Part shown: positions 20,989 through 31,454 of the stretch, piece after piece
Layout: each line of letters opens with the position of its first letter
Position numbering within the stretch: position 1 is the stretch's first letter
Source: Craspedostauros australis
Lineage: Eukaryota
Direction of reading: 5' to 3'
Length of the DNA stretch: 58,991 nt
Assembly (NCBI GenBank): GCA_030167865.1
Contig: JALAGF010003725.1
Coordinates: 1-58,991 of the forward strand
The notes under the pieces: model-generated
Told to the model about the DNA's origin: nothing
Databases searched by the model: none
Seen by the model: the letters and a program-made list of their open reading frames with translations, nothing else
Position numbers and translations under genes: made by a program

Positions 20989-23900
20989 ATGGTGAACGAC
21001 GGCAAATCCACCAAGAGAAGGAAGTTCCATGACAAGGACAAGTACTACAAACGTACGTGCTCATTCATACTCATTCATACCCATCCATGCTCATTCCGTG
21101 CGGTTGCGACCTGTACTCGGAATCAAAAAGATTATTACAATGCTATTGCTATGGATCGGCAGTACGCAGCCATGCCAATCCATTCCTTTGGGATTGCTCA
21201 AGCTGCATGCTTTCAGTGCGGCAGCAGAGTCTACATATTCCATCATTATTCTCATCGAGATTGAGATGTGCACCAGCAATGACTCACGTTCTTCCTACGC
21301 TCTGTACTCGACCACCCCACACCCACACATCAAATCAATCCACCACCGACATCAACAACGTCTGCAGTTGCCAAGGAACAGGGCTTGAGAAGTCGTGCAG
21401 CATTCAAGCTTTCGCAGATCAACAGGCAGTACCCCGTCTTGCAAAAATGCAGCACCATCCTTGATCTCTGTGCCGCCCCAGGTGGTTGGTCTCAGGTGGC
21501 GGCCCGCACGTGCCCCCAGAACACGCAGATCATCGCTGTGGATATCCTCCCCATCCGCAGATTCCCGGGCCACCGCAACATCACCACCATCGTCGGTGAC
21601 ATCACGACTGACAGATGCAAGGCCGACATCCGACGCGCCGTCTCCGAATTCAGTGGCGTGCAGCGCAAGAATGCCAAGTCGCCCGACAACGGCATCGATC
21701 TCGTGTTGCACGATGGTGCCCCCAACATCGGTGCGGCCTACGAAAAGGATGCCTACGAGCAGACGGAGCTCTCCGTCCACGCGCTGCGCTGCGCCACGCA
21801 GCATCTGCGCGAACACGGTACTTTCATCACCAAGATCTACCGCTCGCGTGATTACGCCAGTTTCCACTGGGTCCTCAACCAGCTCTTCGGCAAGGTCAAC
21901 GTCCTCAAACCGAAGGCCAGTCGTACGCAATCCGCCGAGATCTTCATCATCTGTCAGGATTACTACAAGCCCGACAAGATCGATCCCAAAATGCTCGATC
22001 CCAAGTACATCTTCGAAGTCGTCGAGGGTGATACCACCATCGCATCGGCCTCGAGCACCAACAACGCCACAGCGACCTGGAATGTCTTTCACAAGAACTG
22101 GGGCAAATCCAAACGCCATCGCGATGGATATGACACGGAGCACTTTGATGCGTTCATGAGGCACATTGAAACAGCTTCGAGCTTCGTGGAGGCCAACGGC
22201 ATGAAGGAAGCCATCCGCATCATGTCCGTCAGCACAGGATTGTCCTTCCACTGTTCGCACTGTGTTGAGCAACGCAAGAAGCCCAACAAGCGTGCAACCA
22301 CGCAGTGTAACTGCAAGTTCTACTTGAATCATCCGCTCACGACGGCAGAAATCAAGGAGAACCTCACCGATCTCAAGGTCCTCAACAAGAACGATTTCAA
22401 ATCCTTGCTGACTTGGAGAGAGAAGATGACGTTGGCTATTGAGAGTAGCCAGCGTCTCAAGTCGCGTAATGATGACAAGGATTCCGCGGATGAAAGCGAC
22501 AGCGACGGTGATAGCAATGATGACGACGACGACAGCGACGATGATAACGAGGAGGCAGGCAGCGAAGATGAAGAAGACGCCGTCCAATCCGAAATCTCCG
22601 AGCTTCGCAAACGCAAGCAACGTGAACGCAAACGGTTGAAGAAAAAGGAACGCAAAAAGGCAGCCAAACGACGCCGTCAGGCAGCGTTGGGCATGGATCT
22701 CAATGCCATCGATGTGCAGAAGCATGATCAATTCTTTTCGCTGGCGTCCATGATGAGCAAGGGAGATCTGGAGGCCGTGTCCGAAGTGAACATCGATCGT
22801 GTCAACGACGATGAAGTGTTTGGTCCAGAAGATGCCAGCGATGAGAGCGATGGTGAGAATGGCGGCAAAGGAGGTGCAGCCCGCGATGACGATACTGGAT
22901 ACTCCCACCGACTTGATCGCGAGCTCGATGCAGCTTACGAACGTTACCTCAGCAGCACGAAGAACGGACTTGCCAAGAGCGGCACGAAGCACGCCAAACG
23001 ATCCAAGCGACTGCAACGTGAGAAGCTTGCGGAAGAATCACAGGAGGATTACGAGATGCTGCTGAAGAGCAACGCAGGTATCAGCAAGGATACCGAGGCC
23101 TACGTGCGATTGTTGCAAGGCTCACGAGAAGATGATTCCGATGACAACGACGACGACGACGACGATGGTGACGAAGACAGCGACGATGGTTTCGCATCCA
23201 AACCCATGACACCCAACGAACACGCGAAGGTGAAGGCAAGCAGCAAGGCAAGGACAGTGTCGGCGAAGGATGCATCGGCCACGAACAAGAGTGCGAATCC
23301 GCTAATCCACAAGGGAGATGAAGAAGCTGCGACCGCCAAGACCGCACGATGGTTCAGCAATCCGCTCTTTGCCAAGATCGGTTCCCAAGCTCAGGCGGCC
23401 GCTGAAGCCAACGAGATGGAAGCAGAAGAAGAGGATGAGGAGGAAGCGACAACGCCAAAGAAGCGCAAGGGCGACAAATCTCGTGCAGATGGTGTTGCCG
23501 CCAACGGCCGTGGCAAATCTCGTAAGGAAGAGGCTCCATCGTCAGGTCTGAATGCCGAGGAAGTACTTGCGATGATGCCCAAGACGGACAAGCAGGTGCG
23601 TCACGAGAAGCGACTGAAGGCGCTGGCCCGCGACGAACGCCGTCAAAAGCGCAAGGCGAGGAAGCTGGGCGAGTTGGAAGGCGATTTCGAAATGGCCCCG
23701 GGCGAATCGAATGGCGCATCCGACGACGAGGAGAACGAACGCCGCCGCCGTGAAGATGAGCAGCTGGAAGGTTTGAGCGAAGCAAAGAAGAAGAAGATCC
23801 TGGAGGCCCGCGAATTGATCAAGGCCGGACTCGGGGGCGGCAACGCTGGCGACGATGGCTTGAAGGCGAACAAGATCGAGATGGTGGCGCAGGAGGCCCC

Positions 23901-24525
23901 GCTGCCGATCCATGACGATCGCCGGTACGATTCTGAGAACGAGGAGTACGACAGCGACGACTACGCCCGCACGCTGGCGATGGGCACGATGATGCTGCGA
24001 CATTCTAAGGCCAAGCAGCTCGTGGACGCCTCGTACAATCGGTACGCGTGGAACGATCCGCACGACCTGCCCGAATGGTTCGTCGATGACGAGAACAAGC
24101 ACTACCGCCCGCAGCTGCCGATCCCGCAGGCCCTGATGGAGAAGATGAAGCAGAAGCAGCGCGAGCTGGCGGCCCGACCGATCGCGAAGGTGGCGGAAGC
24201 CCGGGCCCGCAAGAACAAGCGCGCCCGTCTGAAGCTGGCGGCCGCCAAGAAGAAGGCCGAGGCCGTCGCGAATTCGTCGGAGATGTCCGAGACGATGAAG
24301 CTGAAGGCGATCAGCAAGGCGTTGCGCTCGGAGGACACGCAGCGACCCGGCAAGACGTACGTCGTCGCCAAGAAGGGTTCCGCCAACCGCGGTGGCAAGG
24401 GTATGCAGGTGGTGGACAAGCGCATGAAGAGCGACAAGCGGTCGATGCAACGCGCCTTGAAGAAGCGAAAGCATGGCAAGCAGGGTGGATTGACTGGCTC
24501 CAAGAAGCGCCGCAATCACAAGTAA
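20989..24525 (+). CDS. SPB1: AdoMet-dependent rRNA 2'-O-methyltransferase SPB1/FTSJ3, ~1073 aa, 2 exons
   Basis: join(20989..21052,21368..24525); intron 21053..21367 (GTACGT..TGCAG) restores DKYYK-L-AKEQGLRSRAAFKL. FtsJ motifs LDLCAAPGGW, VLHDGAPNIG, FITKIYRS, KPKASRTQSAEIF. Spb1 C-terminal motifs DASYNRYAWND..DLPEWFVDDE.KH, ARPIAKVAEARARK, VVDKRMKSDKR. Confidence 0.97.
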
Positions 24526-25483
24526 AGTATTATAATGTAATATCTATTATAATGGCAGAGTACAAGTGGTCTCTGGATTGCGTAATAATACCACAGATAG
24601 CATGGCAGGTTGCAGAACTGGTAGAACAATAGGTTCGCTCCGGATAGAGTACGTCGAGCGTTTCAATGATACTTGGAGTCGATCAAACGAATGAGGACAC
24701 GAGCGTTGCTGGACATTGGCGCCAAAGGAAATGAAGTGCAGTATTGCTGCTCGCTGGCCTGGGTCTTACTCTTCTACTACTATTCCTTTCTGAATATATT
24801 GAGAGATGAACAGAGCAGACAGAGGAAGTAGGTACAGGTACTTGCAGAGTTGAGCAGAGTGTTGAGAGTAAAGCTTGGCAATACTCTGCAGTACTGTTTG
24901 ACTACTTACCATTTGTAACCTACACTGATGCGGTAGAATGTTGAAGCCTTGTTTGGCAGAGATCGTGGCACACATGTGTGCGTGTTTGTGTGCGTGTCTT
25001 TCTTGTTGCCGCGATTGTCGTTGCCACGACTGTTGTCATCAAACAGGGGTCATAACCCAATGAGAAGAATCTACACGCACGCAGACAAGAATCTCCAGCG
25101 CGCCGTTTCTCGTGGGTGGAACTGCGTCTCTGATTCGCTGGTTCGTTGTTATGGGCAGGCGCCAACAACACAACACACACATTCGTCTTCTGACCAAGAA
25201 CGCAGAAGGAACAAAAACTGACACCACGTCGCACCGCTTCGCATCGTGGTACGTCGCTGCTTCACTTCATCGCAGTCGCATTCCTTCGTTCGTGAGCGGA
25301 GTTATTCTGAGAGTGGAGCAGATCGTGCCGACTACTCATGGACATACTTCGCACTTTGTACTCTATTCTTCCCTGTCGGTATCCACCACACTCCATGAAT
25401 ACCCGTATTAGTCGTTGCCCTCTGCCATAGTAATAGAATAGCACCCTCCCCATTGGCTTTCCAACCCTTGTGACAGACACAAG

Positions 25484-25528
25484 CATACTCAGGTATACTC
25501 AGTCATACTCAGTCATACTCAGGTATAC
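25484..25528. repeat. 10-bp tandem repeat (yATACTCAGk) x~4.5 upstream of the DUF4864-like gene
   Basis: catactcagg tatactcagt catactcagt catactcagg tatac. Confidence 0.85.
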
Positions 25529-25606
25529 GAGCTACTCACACTCACACTCATAGCCGTAGCCCAAGCAACAGCAGGCACAACAGCAAGCACAAAGACAAGC
25601 ACGACA

Positions 25607-26473
25607 ATGACTGCAGCCTCAACCCCAATGGCAACCACAATGACAACCACAATGGCCACAATGAACAGAACAAGAAGAAGACGAACGCTGAACAGCAACC
25701 CATTCCGGGCATCGGCCATCCTGACGACGTTGATCGCGCTGGCGGCCGCTTGCGCAAAGACCAACGTCGCCCGCGCCTTCAGCTCCGACGCCCGCATGCG
25801 CAGCACGAGCTTCCACGACCACAAGCGCAAGGTCCTGCCCGAGGACGTCGTCGCGGCGCAGCTGCAATTGCTGCAGGCCGGCGACATCCAATCGGCCTAC
25901 GATCGCTTCATGACGCCCGAATCCAAATGCGTCACGAACCACTCGTGGCAGACGTTCGCGGAGGAGATCCTGGCCGAGCCCTTCTCGGATATCGTGGGAC
26001 ACGATCGTGCGTCCGTCATTCTGACGGTGTCGGGGGCCGATGAAGATGCGGCGTCGAAGAAGCACTTCACGACCTGCATGTGTCTCGTGCGCGTGGCACC
26101 CTGCATCCATGGATTGCCGGAGGATTCGCCCAGGATACGCATGATGGCCGTGCCCAGCAAAGATGGCCGCAGCAGGGTCATGCAGGAAACCGTGTTGGCG
26201 CGTCACTATTGGTGGGAGCTGTTCAAGTATCCGTCGTCGGTCAGGGACTACGACTACGACCAGGCCGGATATCCCAGCGACAGCAACGACGATGATGTCT
26301 GGATGATCCATTCCGTCATTCCGGACTTCGAGTCCATGGAAGTGGATGACATCGAAGTGGAAGAGGGACTTTGGGCGGATATCATGGATCAGGATTTGTA
26401 CGATGATGATGATGATGACGACGACGATTACGACGATGATGATGATGACGATGGTTTTGAACCGTTCTTTTGA
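25607..26473 (+). CDS. DUF4864-like (NTF2-like) protein with probable plastid-targeting peptide and poly-Asp tail, up to 288 aa
   Basis: Single ORF with coding-like GC3. Hydrophobic ILTTLIALAAACA then ARA|FSS. PEDVVAAQLQLLQAGDIQSAYDRFMTPES...WQTFAEEI resembles the DUF4864 pattern. Ends D-rich...GFEPFF. Start Met uncertain. Confidence 0.7.
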   Translation: MTAASTPMATTMTTTMATMNRTRRRRTLNSNPFRASAILTTLIALAAACAKTNVARAFSSDARMRSTSFHDHKRKVLPEDVVAAQLQLLQAGDIQSAYDRFMTPESKCVTNHSWQTFAEEILAEPFSDIVGHDRASVILTVSGADEDAASKKHFTTCMCLVRVAPCIHGLPEDSPRIRMMAVPSKDGRSRVMQETVLARHYWWELFKYPSSVRDYDYDQAGYPSDSNDDDVWMIHSVIPDFESMEVDDIEVEEGLWADIMDQDLYDDDDDDDDDYDDDDDDDGFEPFF

Positions 26474-27168
26474 TTTGGCGTAGCATGTTGCACCAAGGCA
26501 TGCTGCAACAGCTGCATTGCTGACTCCCAACGACAGCAATGCCAGCAAGCAATGTCGTTGAGTTGAGTTGAAACGGGACACAGACAACCATGTGGCACGG
26601 CATTGCGATGTATGTAGTGCCAATGACGCACGCTTGCGATCACTTTGAATCAGCAACAACAGCAATCAGCTGCTGCGAAAGGAACGGCTAACTATTATAC
26701 ACAATACGATAGAGTATGTACAAATATAACTTCATGGCGGTGCATGGGCAATGCACAACTGTTCGCATGCATCATCAGGGCTGCTCCAGAGAGAGAGAGA
26801 GAGATCGCAAGGCAGACAAACACGTCAGTCTCCCAACAATGCATTGTTGAAGGAACACGGCGCTCACCTTTCGCATGGGAAAAACGGAAGGCACGCTGAA
26901 TGAGCATCGCCTTGCATCACATGTATGGTACAGACGCACAGCACTCATGCTGCACCAAACTGCGACAGCGATGACTACTGCACATGGGGCAATGCTCGGT
27001 TTCGCTGTCCTTCGTTCCACAAACCCATCTCGCATCGTTGTACTACCAGCAAGCAAACACATAAACGCAGACTCTGTAACGTTAACTGTTCCAATCTGAA
27101 ACATCGCAGCTCTGCATTAGTTGACTTCTAATCACTTTGTGCCCTAACTTTGCACCACACAAAGATGC

Positions 27169-30100
27169 TTAGGCATCATCGGGATCGACAGAATCGACGC
27201 TGATCGCAGGCTCCGACGCCAAACTGGCCTTGCTGCTGACACGGTCTTCGTCGGCATGCAGCTGCATGTTCCACATCTCGGCGTACTCCCCATTCGGAAT
27301 CTGCAGCAGTTCGTCGTGCGTGCCTTCCTCGGCCACCAATCCTTCCTTCAGAACGATGATGTTGTCGGCGTTGCGGATGGTGCCGAGACGATGTGCGATG
27401 ACGAGCACCGTGCGCTCTTCTCCCACGATACCCGTGCCCGACAGACGATCCAACGCCTCCTGAACGCTCTTCTCCGTCAGCGTGTCCAACGCGCTCGTGG
27501 CTTCGTCCAGCATCACGAACGGCGGGTCCTTCAGCAAGCACCGCGCGATGGCGGCACGCTGCTTCTCGCCGCCGCTCAGCTTCAGTCCGCGGTCACCCAC
27601 GACGGTGTCCCATCCCTCGGGCAGGGCCTCGACGAAGTCCAGCAGCTGCGCGTCGCGTGCCGATTGTATTACCTCCTCGTGCACGGCGGTGCGACGTCCG
27701 TACTTCAGGTTCGTGTAGATGGAGTCGTTGAACATGCTGGCGGCCTGCGGCACGACGCCGATGGCACCGCGCAGAGACTTCTGCGTGATCTGACGCACGT
27801 CGTGTCCGTTCACCTTGATGCAACCGCCCAGGACGTCGTAGAAGCGGAAGAAGAGGCGTGAGATGGTGGTCTTGCCAGCGCCCGTCTTGCCCACGATGGC
27901 GGTCGTCGTGCCGCGCTTCATCTTGAACGAGACGCCCTTGAGTCCCTTCGTGGGGTCCTGGGTGGGGTAGTGGAACACGACGTTGTCAAATTCGACGGCC
28001 ACGTCGTCATCATCCTCGTCCGCGTCGACCGAGCTCTCGTACGGCAACGGCTTCGCACCGGGCAAGTCGGTGACATCGGGTGATTCGGCCAGCAGCTCCG
28101 AGAGGTTGGTGAGGTCGATGATGGCCATGACGATGGAGTTGTAGACGCTGCCCAGGAAGTTGAGCGGCGCGAAGAGCTGGATGATGTAGGTGAGGACCGC
28201 CACGAAGTCGCCGACCTGCATGCCGGGACACACATCGATGGAGATGGACTGGCAGCATTCCGAAACGCCCGAGTCGCAACCTTGCTCGACGCAGCAATCG
28301 ATGCGCTTTTGGATGCCCACGGCGCTGAGGGAGAGGGCGACCGCCAGGCAGATTTGGAGGATGACCTTTTGGGAGATGTTGAGGAAGGACAGGGATGCCT
28401 GGACGTTGACGGATCCTTCCTGGTAGCGCGAGACGGCTTCGCCGAACAACCTCGCCTCGTAGACTTCCGCGGTGAAGTACTTGACGGTCTCGAAGTTGAC
28501 CAGCGAATCGGTGCACCTGTCGTGCCATTCGTTGTCGGACTTGACGACGGCCTTGCGGAATTTCTTGCGCCACAGCGTCACGAGGATGGTCCACACGACG
28601 TAGATCCATACGAAGTAGAAGACCGAGATGGCCAGCGGCAGGTACTTGAAGTAGGTGGCGAAGACGACGCAGACCACGATGCATTCCAACATGGCCGGGA
28701 TGAGCCAAAGGAAGAGGTATTTCATGAGGGTGTTGCACGCTGCGATGCCGCGGTCCATGCTGCGGATGACCTCGCCGAGCTTCTTGCGCAGATGCCAATC
28801 CAGTGACAAGGTGTGGAGGTGCCAGAACGTGGTCTGGCTGAGCTGCACGAAGGCCGCCTGCGCGACCTTGAGGTAGATGAGCGACTGTCCTTCGCGGAAG
28901 GCGCTGCTGAGGAATCCCAGCACCGCGTACGCGATGGAGTTCATGATGCACGCCCTGTAATCTTGATGGGCGAGGGCCGTCGATGCGTTGCCGAGCAGGA
29001 TGGGCGAGATGATGTTGCAGACCTTGCTGAGGATGACGCAAACCCACGTGAGGATGGCACGGATGCGGTTGGCGATGGGAGAGGATGTGACGATGCTGTC
29101 GCTGCCGTCCTCGCCCTCGTCAAAGCCGTGCCCCGACGAGCGTCTGGATTGTCCTGGGATTCCTCCCGTGCTGCTCTCGTCCGGCCAAACGTAGGGCTTG
29201 AGCAAGGTGAGGATGGCTGCTCGTGACAGCGTCTTCTTGCGCGGGCGTCGGTTGACGTTCGATCCGTCGGCGAAGGCATTGTGAAAGGGCGTCATAGCAG
29301 CCTCCAGGATGACGCAGAGAGTGTAGAGGCCGATGGTGGTGTACATGACCTCATCTCCAGCGGCTGTCACGTGACGGTGCTTGTAGTAGACCACGGCCGT
29401 CGGCACGTAGATGCAAAGCGCAGCGAAGATGTTGAGGAAGCGGGCCACGATGCCGAATCTGGAGCGAGATGGGAAGTTCCTGAGGATGAGCCAGACGGAG
29501 AAGGTTGAGGTGACAGTGGCGGCTATGACGATGGTCTGCGGCAGGACGAAGATGGTGAGGGAATCGAAGGAGTCTCCGACGAGGAGCTGGAACCAGAAGA
29601 CGATGGTGAAGAAGAGCTGGACGCTGAGGCTCCAGGTGCTTGCCGTGCGCAGTTGCAGTTGCTCCGGGGTCAGAGCGGGCGCAGCAGTGGCATTGACACT
29701 TGCGGTTGCATTTGCGTTGGCAGTGGTGTTGTCGTTGGTTGAGGATTCCAACAGAGCTTCAGTCTCTGACTCGGTAGCGGTGCCGCCGGCCGCGGCTGCG
29801 GATTCGCCGTTGGCATCGGCATCTTGAGCGTTGTCATCTTCCCCCGTGGCGACGCTGCCGTAGCCCTTGTGAGCCTGGCTGCCGTTGGAGACGATGGACG
29901 CCGATTTGGAGCCAGGACCCTTGCCGCTGGCCTTTGCGTTGCCTCTTCCGGCTTTGTCGGCGCCGCTCCCGTGATGGGACTCGCTGAAATGCTTGGACGT
30001 GACTTGCGACGCGGTCTGGATGAGATCCATGCTCATGCGCAGGAGCTGCAGCGTGATGGCCACCCCAGCACACGCGGCAGTCCAGTACATGGCATGACCG

Positions 30101-30243
30101 GAAGCCGTTGGCGATTCGGCCCGATCTGGTGCGGATGACGATGCTGTTGCGCCTTCATCTACAGCGACCGCAAGGACCTGGATGGTCAACAGCAGCATGA
30201 GCTGCGACATCCAGAGCATCGATCGTGACATCAATGTCATCAT
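27169..30243 (-). CDS. ABC transporter subfamily B half-transporter, HMT1/ABCB6-like, ~1024 aa
   Basis: Single exon. N-terminal extra TM region (TMD0-like), ABC TMD (LLKPYVWP, HLHTLSLDWHLRKKLGEVIRSMDRG, DSLVNFETVKYF, PLNFLG), then NBD with Walker A GKTGAGKT, Q-loop VPQ, signature LSGGEKQR, Walker B MLDEATSALD and H-loop AHRL. Confidence 0.95.
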   Translation of the reverse strand: MMTLMSRSMLWMSQLMLLLTIQVLAVAVDEGATASSSAPDRAESPTASGHAMYWTAACAGVAITLQLLRMSMDLIQTASQVTSKHFSESHHGSGADKAGRGNAKASGKGPGSKSASIVSNGSQAHKGYGSVATGEDDNAQDADANGESAAAAGGTATESETEALLESSTNDNTTANANATASVNATAAPALTPEQLQLRTASTWSLSVQLFFTIVFWFQLLVGDSFDSLTIFVLPQTIVIAATVTSTFSVWLILRNFPSRSRFGIVARFLNIFAALCIYVPTAVVYYKHRHVTAAGDEVMYTTIGLYTLCVILEAAMTPFHNAFADGSNVNRRPRKKTLSRAAILTLLKPYVWPDESSTGGIPGQSRRSSGHGFDEGEDGSDSIVTSSPIANRIRAILTWVCVILSKVCNIISPILLGNASTALAHQDYRACIMNSIAYAVLGFLSSAFREGQSLIYLKVAQAAFVQLSQTTFWHLHTLSLDWHLRKKLGEVIRSMDRGIAACNTLMKYLFLWLIPAMLECIVVCVVFATYFKYLPLAISVFYFVWIYVVWTILVTLWRKKFRKAVVKSDNEWHDRCTDSLVNFETVKYFTAEVYEARLFGEAVSRYQEGSVNVQASLSFLNISQKVILQICLAVALSLSAVGIQKRIDCCVEQGCDSGVSECCQSISIDVCPGMQVGDFVAVLTYIIQLFAPLNFLGSVYNSIVMAIIDLTNLSELLAESPDVTDLPGAKPLPYESSVDADEDDDDVAVEFDNVVFHYPTQDPTKGLKGVSFKMKRGTTTAIVGKTGAGKTTISRLFFRFYDVLGGCIKVNGHDVRQITQKSLRGAIGVVPQAASMFNDSIYTNLKYGRRTAVHEEVIQSARDAQLLDFVEALPEGWDTVVGDRGLKLSGGEKQRAAIARCLLKDPPFVMLDEATSALDTLTEKSVQEALDRLSGTGIVGEERTVLVIAHRLGTIRNADNIIVLKEGLVAEEGTHDELLQIPNGEYAEMWNMQLHADEDRVSSKASLASEPAISVDSVDPDDA

Positions 30244-30447
30244 GGTTCGTTTGTTGTTGCGATGAGCCTTGGTCTTTGATGAATGGATGGATGGAGATTT
30301 GGTGCCTCTCAATGCGTGAAGTGAAGTGATGAGGGATGATGAGGGATGACGAGAGATGACGAGAGAAGCAGCGTTCTCAAAGCAATCAAAGCAATCAATG
30401 GATGGTTGGAAGTGTCCAGTCGACAGCAGGCCCTTCTGCTCGACTTC

Positions 30448-30603
30448 ACTTCAGTTCGATTGACTTCAGTTCGATTGACTTCAGTTCGGCTGAATGAGAT
30501 GTAGAGGAATAGCAGTATGCACTCGTGTTGTACTCGAACTATACTCGTATTGCACTTGGAATGAAGTGTACTCGCATTGCACTTGGAATGAAGTGTACTC
30601 GCA
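30448..30603. repeat. Adjacent tandem duplications upstream of the ABCB gene: 15-bp (ACTTCAGTTCGATTG) x2.7 and 27-bp (TACTCGyATTGCACTTGGAATGAAGTG) x2.3
   Basis: Units at 30448..30488 and 30542..30603. Confidence 0.85.
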
Positions 30604-31454
30604 GAGTATTATATTCTATTATATAATAATAGTAGGTATGGACCTTGGATGCGTTGGCTGCTACTTAGGAGTTGTCACCAAAGAAGAAGATCGATGACAC
30701 GATGATGCGCGCTGAATGATGCGTTTCGCACTGTTGGGAACTCTGTTGTTCGGGCTTGGTTTGTGATTTGTGATGGTTGCAGGTGCTGCCTCATCCAACG
30801 AATGGGTGTGGATCCACACATGATTGTTGGTGCCAACCAACGCATTCAACACAACGCAAACACACAGGCGCCAATTCAGCACCATCTTTGCCGACCATGT
30901 CCGCCGCAGAGGCCCCAACGGATCCAAAGCATCGAAGATCCTCTTGGTCCGTGAACTCCAAGGAAGCGCATGGAAACTCTTCGGTTGCCCAATTGGAATC
31001 CATCACGCGCGAAGCCTGTATACTATGGAGGCGAATCTAGAGAAAGAGAGTGGAAATTGAACCTTGATCGTTGTGCTCTGTCTAAACATCCTCATCGACA
31101 CTTGCATGCGGTACAAGTAAACATGACAGAGCACAACTGCAAACCAATACAATAGATTACCTATATACGTAAGATTAGATTTGTGTTGCGTAAGTATTAT
31201 ATAATATGTTGGTTGTCTATTTTCATGTTCTTGTCTTTGCGAGTGAAGCCATGTTTTGGCTTTTGTTCTTCTCTATCGTCCCTAAATATGGCCAGCACTC
31301 GCACGTTGGTTGCTATTATATGTGCTATCTTTGTTCTTGTGTTGTCAGCGAATACCTGCTCGCAAGCATGACAATCGAATACTCTGAGTGGTAGAGTACT
31401 ATGCGTGTCATGTTGCCGCATGCTTGTCTGTGTTCCCCCTGTCGTGCCGTCCGT

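Noticed and set aside
20655-21032. His-rich 125-aa ORF
   Set aside because: Translation of CAY/CAA microsatellites in the SPB1 leader; it overlaps the SPB1 start in another frame.
21352-24519. 554-aa and 325-aa antisense ORFs over SPB1 (similar ones over ABC1K, the ABCB gene and RAD1)
   Set aside because: Expected from codon bias: rarity of TTA/CTA/TCA codons on the sense strand removes antisense stops.
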